From: a virus
Virus record (IMG/VR): IMGVR_UViG_3300037506_000184
Coordinates: 1-64,000 of that record
Length of the DNA: 64,000 nucleotides
Direction: 5' to 3' (one strand)
Shown piece after piece: positions 59,461 to 64,000 of the stretch (within the stretch, counting starts at the first letter, position 1; each line of letters begins with the position of its first letter). The notes below the pieces were generated by a model. It was not told where the DNA came from. It searched no databases and saw nothing but the letters and a program-made list of their open reading frames with translations. The translations under genes were made by a program, and so were the position numbers.

Positions 59461-59919
59461 TCACTGCACTTCGAGTCTGAACGTTGGGACCGAGGTCGCT
59501 GCCCCGGACGAATAGGTGACCTTGACCGCGCCGCACTCGGCGACGAGGACGGAGGCGCTTCCGCTGCCTTCCTTCGCGGCGTTGGTGATCGAACAGGCGA
59601 GCGACGTCGGGGACGCCGCGCCCAAGGTGCCGCAGTCGCCGCTCACGACGGCGAGAGTCACCGTCTCCCCGGTGCCGGGTGCCGTCGTCACCGTGCAGCG
59701 CATGGTGCGCAGACGAAGCCCGTCGACCGGCACCTGTACCTCGTCGGGATCGAGGCTCACGTTGTCGCCGTCGAGCGGCATCCAGACGACGGTGCTGGAC
59801 GTGATCGGCGTGACCGCGCTGCCCGAGAGCGGCACTCGACGAGGTGGCCGCTCGGGTGGTTCGATCGCCCCGGCAGCCAAGGCGACCATGAGCAGGGCGA
59901 GGCAGAGGAAGCGCCTCAC
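59461..59919 (-). CDS. Secreted 152-aa protein
   Basis: The GTG at 59919 forms a GTGA overlap. Signal peptide VRRFLCLALLMVALAAGA. Confidence 0.5.
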   Translation of the reverse strand: MRRFLCLALLMVALAAGAIEPPERPPRRVPLSGSAVTPITSSTVVWMPLDGDNVSLDPDEVQVPVDGLRLRTMRCTVTTAPGTGETVTLAVVSGDCGTLGAASPTSLACSITNAAKEGSGSASVLVAECGAVKVTYSSGAATSVPTFRLEVQ

Positions 59920-60299
59920 GTGCCTTCCTCCTCGTCCTCCGCGTCCTCGAGCCGGTCGTGGGCAAGCTCGATCTGGGTGTAGACTTGGCCCTTCCGGACG
60001 TGGGCCAGCTCGGGTCGACTGCGCACGTAGATCCAGATCCGCTCGAACGCTGCGGCTCGTTTGTCTGGGACCGGCGGGTCGGCGTTCTCGACGTCGAGCA
60101 CGGTGTTCTCGACGACGGCGACGAAGACCTCCCACTCCCGGTTCCTCTCCTCGTCGGTGGCGTCGGGCATGCCGCGCTCGATCGATTTGGCTAGCCACTT
60201 GACCGAGACGACGAGCAGCTCGACGACCGACTTCGCGAGCTGTGGCGCAAGCGAGATCAGGGCCTCGGCGAAGGCGTCTTTTGCGGCGTCCTTCTTCAT
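59916..60299 (-). CDS. Hypothetical 127-aa protein without a signal peptide
   Basis: ATG at 60299 with an ATGA overlap (MKKDAAKDAFAEALISLAPQLAK...). Confidence 0.45.
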   Translation of the reverse strand: MKKDAAKDAFAEALISLAPQLAKSVVELLVVSVKWLAKSIERGMPDATDEERNREWEVFVAVVENTVLDVENADPPVPDKRAAAFERIWIYVRSRPELAHVRKGQVYTQIELAHDRLEDAEDEEEGT

Positions 60300-60883
60300 C
60301 CGCCGCACTCGATGTTGAGCGTCTCGCCCGACGTCCCCACCACGTAGATCGAGGACGCGTCGCGGCGATCCGATGGGCTGGTCGATCCCGACCACGGCAC
60401 CTTCACGCCAGTGTCGCAGTCGGTATCCAGGGTCGCGGGGCCGTAGCAGAACGGGCCTGCGTCCTCCGGATCGAGCCAGAGGGCGCACGAATAGGCGGGG
60501 GTGTAGGCGCCGCCGAAGAGCTGCTGGACCGATCCCGTGAGCGTCAGGCGCGCGCGCCAGGGACCGACGACGGGAACGAGGTACATGCCCTCCGCGCGCC
60601 GCTCCTCGCACGTACACGTGCCAGCGCCAGCGCCCGTGCAGCAGAGCCCTGGATCACCGGAGCCGACGCAAGCCGCATCGCAATCCCCATCGGTAGCGCA
60701 GAGGATCGAGGTGTCGCCCCAGCCGGCGCACTCGCCTTGGCTGTAGGTGTGGATCGGCACGGAGCCGACGCCCTGGTTGTCGAGCGTGCCGGTGCCGACG
60801 GACTGCGGGACGATCTGGGCGTAGGCCGGCAGCGCGGCCAGCGCTACCACCGCCACCAGAACCAGCCTCAGCCATCGCGCCAT
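60296..60883 (-). CDS. Secreted Cys-rich 195-aa protein
   Basis: Signal peptide MARWLRLVLVAVVALAALPAYA, followed by a CATDGDCDAACVGSGDPGLCC knot. Confidence 0.55.
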   Translation of the reverse strand: MARWLRLVLVAVVALAALPAYAQIVPQSVGTGTLDNQGVGSVPIHTYSQGECAGWGDTSILCATDGDCDAACVGSGDPGLCCTGAGAGTCTCEERRAEGMYLVPVVGPWRARLTLTGSVQQLFGGAYTPAYSCALWLDPEDAGPFCYGPATLDTDCDTGVKVPWSGSTSPSDRRDASSIYVVGTSGETLNIECGG

Positions 60884-60901
60884 GCGTCGCCCTCCGACTT
60901 C

Positions 60902-60962
60902 CCGGGCGGCATGTGTCGGCGGGCCTCCGAAGAGGGCGGCTCGACGCGGGCCGGTTCGCTAT
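60902..60962 (-). repeat. Copy A of a conserved ~62-nt intergenic element
   Basis: CCGGGCGGCATGTGTCG...GGCTCGACGCGGGCCGGTTCGCTAT. It aligns with 63120-63182 with conserved flanks around a variable central hairpin. It lies between an upstream stop and the next start. Confidence 0.6.
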
Positions 60963-60983
60963 GTTTCCCTTATCAGCTCTTGG

Positions 60984-63107
60984 TCAATGATTCACGTCCG
61001 AGCCCATGCCGGTGCTGGGCGTCTCCAGTACCAGATCGACCACGTTGGTGTTGATCGAGTTCGTGGTGTTCGCCGCGTCCACCACGATCGTGAGGTTCAT
61101 CATGTCGCCGGGGTCACACTGGTAGGCCGCGCCGGCGCTGGTGGAACAGTCCAGATTCACGTGAACGCACTCCTGGGTGTTGGCCGCCAGGTAGGTGATG
61201 TCGGCGTTCACCGCGTTGCTGAGCGCCCCCCAGGCCTGCCCGAGCCCGGTGCAACGGCAGGAAACGTCCATCGCGCTCGTCTCGGTCGTGCTCGATCCGC
61301 TGTTGACGCAGATCGTGAGCCCGGCATCGACTTGCACGCCAGCCGCGTACCCGTAGCCCGAGACCGTGTAGTCGTCGGGCAGCCGATACTGCACGTCGAT
61401 CTGGCTACCGGCGTTGTCGGCGCAGACGATCGGGTTGATGTACGGCCCCGAGCCGACCTGGGTCCGGCCGCCGAGCACGCAATTGGTTCCGTCGAGCACG
61501 GCGGACGGCATGAGCGAGACGGCACGGCCGGGAATCGGCGCGTCCGGCTCACCACGAATGACGGCCGTCGAAGAGTTCTCGTCGACGAGAGTTTCCCTCA
61601 CCGTGATCGAGGTCGACGCGACGGAGGCGACGGTCTTTCTCCCGTTGTTTCCCGCGTTCGCTGCCTCGAAGATGTTGATCTTCTGCCCGACGTTGAACCT
61701 GTATCCCTCATCGGTGTGTCCGGTCATGGTGATGGTTTTCGTCGAGGCCGTGAACTGCAGATTCCCCGACGTCCCGGCACCACGAATCGGGATCGTCCCC
61801 ACCGAGTGATACGTGACCGCAGTCGGCCGGTCCCACTCCGAGAGGCGCCAGATCGGCACGCCGCCGCCAGCCGTGTTGTTCCAGCCCATCAGGTAGACGC
61901 GGCCCCGACCGTCGAAGGCCATGTCGAACGCCTGCCGGGGAAAGGTGTCGTACCTCACCGCTTGGCGCGTGTTCGGGTCGAAACGGATCACGAAGTCGCC
62001 GAGCACCGGATTCGCGGCCGATCCGTGCCAGCCGCTCCACACGTACTGGCCGTCACAGTAGATCCCCCAGAACGAATCCGAATTCTTGCCGAAATACAGG
62101 TACTCTTGCACCTCCATTGTGTCGACGTCGATGCGCGCGAGCTGGCCGAATCTCGGGGCGCCAAGAGAGATCTCGCCGCCGACGTAGAGGTATTGCCCGC
62201 AGAGTGCGCTCTCATCGCCGGTCGCGAGCAGTGACGTCTTCTGCGCGACCACCGTCATCGTCGATGCGTCAACTTTCCACACGTCCGTCTCGTTCGTGCC
62301 CGTGCCGTCGCCGATGATCATCGCGTACAGGTAGCCGTCGCCGTATTCGAGGGTGTGGCAGCCGCGGTCGGTGCCGGTGAGTGTCGCCGAGCCTACTGAC
62401 GTCCCCGTGTCCGGATCGAGCTTGTAGATCACGGCCGGGTTTCCCCCGCAGGCGTAGAGGTATCGTTCGTCGGTGTCGCAGCTCTCGGCAACGCTCCAGT
62501 TGGTCGGGTTCACGCCCGCGAAAGGTTCGGTGTAAGTCATCGCTACGGGATCAACCGCCGTCACGCCGATCTCGTTCGGTGGCGCGTTCTCGCTGCCGGC
62601 GTGGCAGACGTACACCTTGTCAGTCCGCGCCATGTAGACGAGCTTGTCGGCGTGCTCGTGCGCGTCGTCGTTCGTGAGCGGCGGTGAGAGTTCAGTCTCT
62701 CCCGTGAGGTTTTCATCCACGCGAACCACTCGGAAGGGTCCAGACGTCGTCCCGCGATGCAGCGCGAAAAGCTTTCGGTGCTGCTCGACCCAGATCAGAT
62801 CATGCGCGAGATTGAACCCGGACGGCAGGTGATAAGTGATCGTCTTCCCCGACACGTAGGGCAGATCGAGGGCGTGCGCTGTATAGGGAGAGTTCATCGG
62901 CGAGCCGACGGCGCCCTGCCGCCGATCGAGATCCCTCCACCCGGCGTTGTCCGCGTCGACCGCTTCGAGCGACATGCCCGGGTCGAAATCGGCGCTGCGC
63001 TTCTGCATGCCGCGCTGGCGATTGTAGACGCCGTCTTCCTCCGCAACGGCCACTGACGCGACCAGCGCCAGCGCCACCACTCCCGCGATTGCTCGAACCA
63101 TGCCCAT
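60984..63107 (-). CDS. Secreted 707-aa beta-propeller-like protein
   Basis: Signal peptide MGMVRAIAGVVALALVASVAVA. Repeated YLY.../VW.. blade-like segments. The C-terminal third is Cys-containing and beta-rich. Confidence 0.6.
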   Translation of the reverse strand: MGMVRAIAGVVALALVASVAVAEEDGVYNRQRGMQKRSADFDPGMSLEAVDADNAGWRDLDRRQGAVGSPMNSPYTAHALDLPYVSGKTITYHLPSGFNLAHDLIWVEQHRKLFALHRGTTSGPFRVVRVDENLTGETELSPPLTNDDAHEHADKLVYMARTDKVYVCHAGSENAPPNEIGVTAVDPVAMTYTEPFAGVNPTNWSVAESCDTDERYLYACGGNPAVIYKLDPDTGTSVGSATLTGTDRGCHTLEYGDGYLYAMIIGDGTGTNETDVWKVDASTMTVVAQKTSLLATGDESALCGQYLYVGGEISLGAPRFGQLARIDVDTMEVQEYLYFGKNSDSFWGIYCDGQYVWSGWHGSAANPVLGDFVIRFDPNTRQAVRYDTFPRQAFDMAFDGRGRVYLMGWNNTAGGGVPIWRLSEWDRPTAVTYHSVGTIPIRGAGTSGNLQFTASTKTITMTGHTDEGYRFNVGQKINIFEAANAGNNGRKTVASVASTSITVRETLVDENSSTAVIRGEPDAPIPGRAVSLMPSAVLDGTNCVLGGRTQVGSGPYINPIVCADNAGSQIDVQYRLPDDYTVSGYGYAAGVQVDAGLTICVNSGSSTTETSAMDVSCRCTGLGQAWGALSNAVNADITYLAANTQECVHVNLDCSTSAGAAYQCDPGDMMNLTIVVDAANTTNSINTNVVDLVLETPSTGMGSDVNH

Positions 63108-63119
63108 CGTCTCCGATCT

Positions 63120-63182
63120 CCGGGCGGCATGGTGTCGAGCGGGGCCGTGAGGGCGCGGCTCGAACGCGGGCCGGTTTGCTGT
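63120..63182 (-). repeat. Copy B of the conserved ~62-nt intergenic element
   Basis: CCGGGCGGCATGGTGTCG...GGCTCGAACGCGGGCCGGTTTGCTGT. It occupies the same position relative to the flanking stop and start as copy A. Confidence 0.6.
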
Positions 63183-63185
63183 CGT

Positions 63186-63368
63186 TCAGCCTTTCTGCTG
63201 TTTCTCGGATTCCTTTTCTTCTGCCGCGAGCTTGAGAAGCCCCGTGATATGTCGGCGGCCCACCTCGCTGTTCCAAAGCACTTCGAACGCACCCTTCGCG
63301 TGACGTTTCATGTCCCGCTCGCGCTGCTCGTGCTTCTCCTGCTCGGTCGATTCAATCCTGCCGTTCAT
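63186..63368 (-). CDS. Hypothetical charged 60-aa protein
   Basis: ATGA overlap with the upstream stop (MNGRIESTEQEKHEQRERDMKRH...). Confidence 0.4.
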   Translation of the reverse strand: MNGRIESTEQEKHEQRERDMKRHAKGAFEVLWNSEVGRRHITGLLKLAAEEKESEKQQKG

Positions 63369-63994
63369 GTCGTCGGCGCCTCGTAGAGAATCACGGTGAC
63401 CGACAGGTTGATCGTCCCGCCGGTGAACGTGCCGCCACGCGGGGTGAAGATCAGGTCCGTGGCTGCGCGGATCTTCAGAAAGTCCGCCGTGCCCTTGTCG
63501 TTCGCGCGCGTGTTCACCGCCACGGGCTCGTTGTCGCCGAAGGCGCGGAGCGCGCCGCTCACGCCGAGATCCCAGCCGGTACACCCGGTCACGGTGGCCT
63601 CGACGTCATAACCGATGTCGAGAACGAGGCAGTGCGCAGGCAGGGCGTTCGTGATCGTAGCGCTTGCGCCCGAGAGGCCCGACTTCGTGAGCTCGATTAC
63701 GCGCTGGCGGAAACGGCCGCCGCCGCTGCGTCCCTGTAACGAGAGGATCTTCGACGTCTTGTCGTAGGTGAGGCCGAGATCGGCGCCGAACGAACCGCCA
63801 TCGTTGAACTGCACTTGGGTGTCGACCCCGCCGGGGGTTCCTGACCCGCCGCCGCCCGTCGAAATCTTCGACTCGTTTCCGAAATCGTCGCGGAAGTATG
63901 GGCCGTCGGCCTTGAAGTAGAACTGCCAGTAGTTCGACGGTGGAAGGCTGGACGGCGTCGACATCTCGCGCCATTCGAGCTGGCCTGGGGGCAT
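63365..63994 (-). CDS. Tail-fibre/collar-like protein
   Basis: GGVDTQVQFNDGGSFGADLGLTYDKTSKIL matches the common fibre N-terminal motif (QFN..G.FGG...TYD). No signal peptide. The start is close to the window edge. Confidence 0.55.
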   Translation of the reverse strand: MPPGQLEWREMSTPSSLPPSNYWQFYFKADGPYFRDDFGNESKISTGGGGSGTPGGVDTQVQFNDGGSFGADLGLTYDKTSKILSLQGRSGGGRFRQRVIELTKSGLSGASATITNALPAHCLVLDIGYDVEATVTGCTGWDLGVSGALRAFGDNEPVAVNTRANDKGTADFLKIRAATDLIFTPRGGTFTGGTINLSVTVILYEAPTT

Positions 63995-64000
63995 CCATCG

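Larger units (their letters stand above)
1..64000. mobile_element. Temperate tailed-phage genome or prophage-like region occupying the whole window
   Basis: Contains integrase plus excisionase, a RecT/YqaJ module, RusA, DUF1376 and G39P-like replication genes and HNH nucleases. Also contains small and large terminase, portal-MuF, an HK97-type prohead protease, fibre-like proteins and a holin/transglycosylase-like pair. Genes are packed with ATGA/GTGA/TGATG start-stop overlaps in two long divergent blocks meeting at 19.84-19.94 kb. No host housekeeping gene, rRNA or tRNA recognised. Confidence 0.8.

Noticed and set aside
60882-62234. 450-aa plus-strand ORF
   Set aside because: It lies antisense to the 707-aa secreted propeller-like gene and has an Arg/Gly/Val-rich composition.

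Overview
High-GC window that reads as one temperate tailed-phage genome or prophage-like region; I recognised no host housekeeping genes, rRNA, tRNA or CRISPR array. Gene calls rest on protein motifs I recognise in the supplied ORF translations, and on start-stop overlaps (ATGA, GTGA, TGATG) and Shine-Dalgarno sequences read from the DNA. No searches were run, so all family names are recognition-based.

Layout:
- 1-19.84 kb, minus strand: a tightly coupled block. Reading right to left: zinc-ribbon and secreted proteins, two RHH regulators with palindromic operators, excisionase, tyrosine integrase, two HNH nucleases, RusA, a deleted helicase-methylase remnant, XRE regulator, DUF3310, DUF1376 and a G39P-like loader. 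These are followed by secreted and lipoprotein genes, small terminase, a Thr/Pro-repeat secreted protein, an AAA+ ATPase, HK97-type prohead protease and the start of a probable capsid gene.
- 19.94-37.98 kb, plus strand: a divergent block with YqaJ exonuclease, RecT and an SMC/Rad50-like ATPase. It continues with a DNA-modification island (C5 methyltransferase with a 7-fold internal repeat, GNAT-like HHYL protein, two ASCH proteins, PRAI-like TIM barrel, N6 methyltransferase, DUF5131) and ends with a HerA/FtsK-like ATPase.
- 38.0-41.6 kb: a visibly lower-GC accessory island with ArdC, a SymE/AbrB-like protein, an orphan 311-aa protein and a candidate 26-aa membrane peptide.
- 41.6-43.8 kb: minus-strand orphan genes, including a Gly-rich fibre-like protein.
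- 43.8-48.2 kb: large terminase and a portal-MuF fusion on the plus strand, far from the small terminase and in the opposite orientation.
- 48.3-64 kb, minus strand: fibre-like proteins mixed with a run of signal-peptide and cysteine-rich secreted proteins, then a holin-like and transglycosylase-like pair. That pair is translationally coupled to a two-component system (two stand-alone receivers plus a PAS histidine kinase).

The candidates I rate highest for something new are the modification island, the repeat-expanded C5 methyltransferase, the lysis-coupled two-component module and the secreted fibre-like, Cys-rich cluster with its conserved 62-nt leader repeat.
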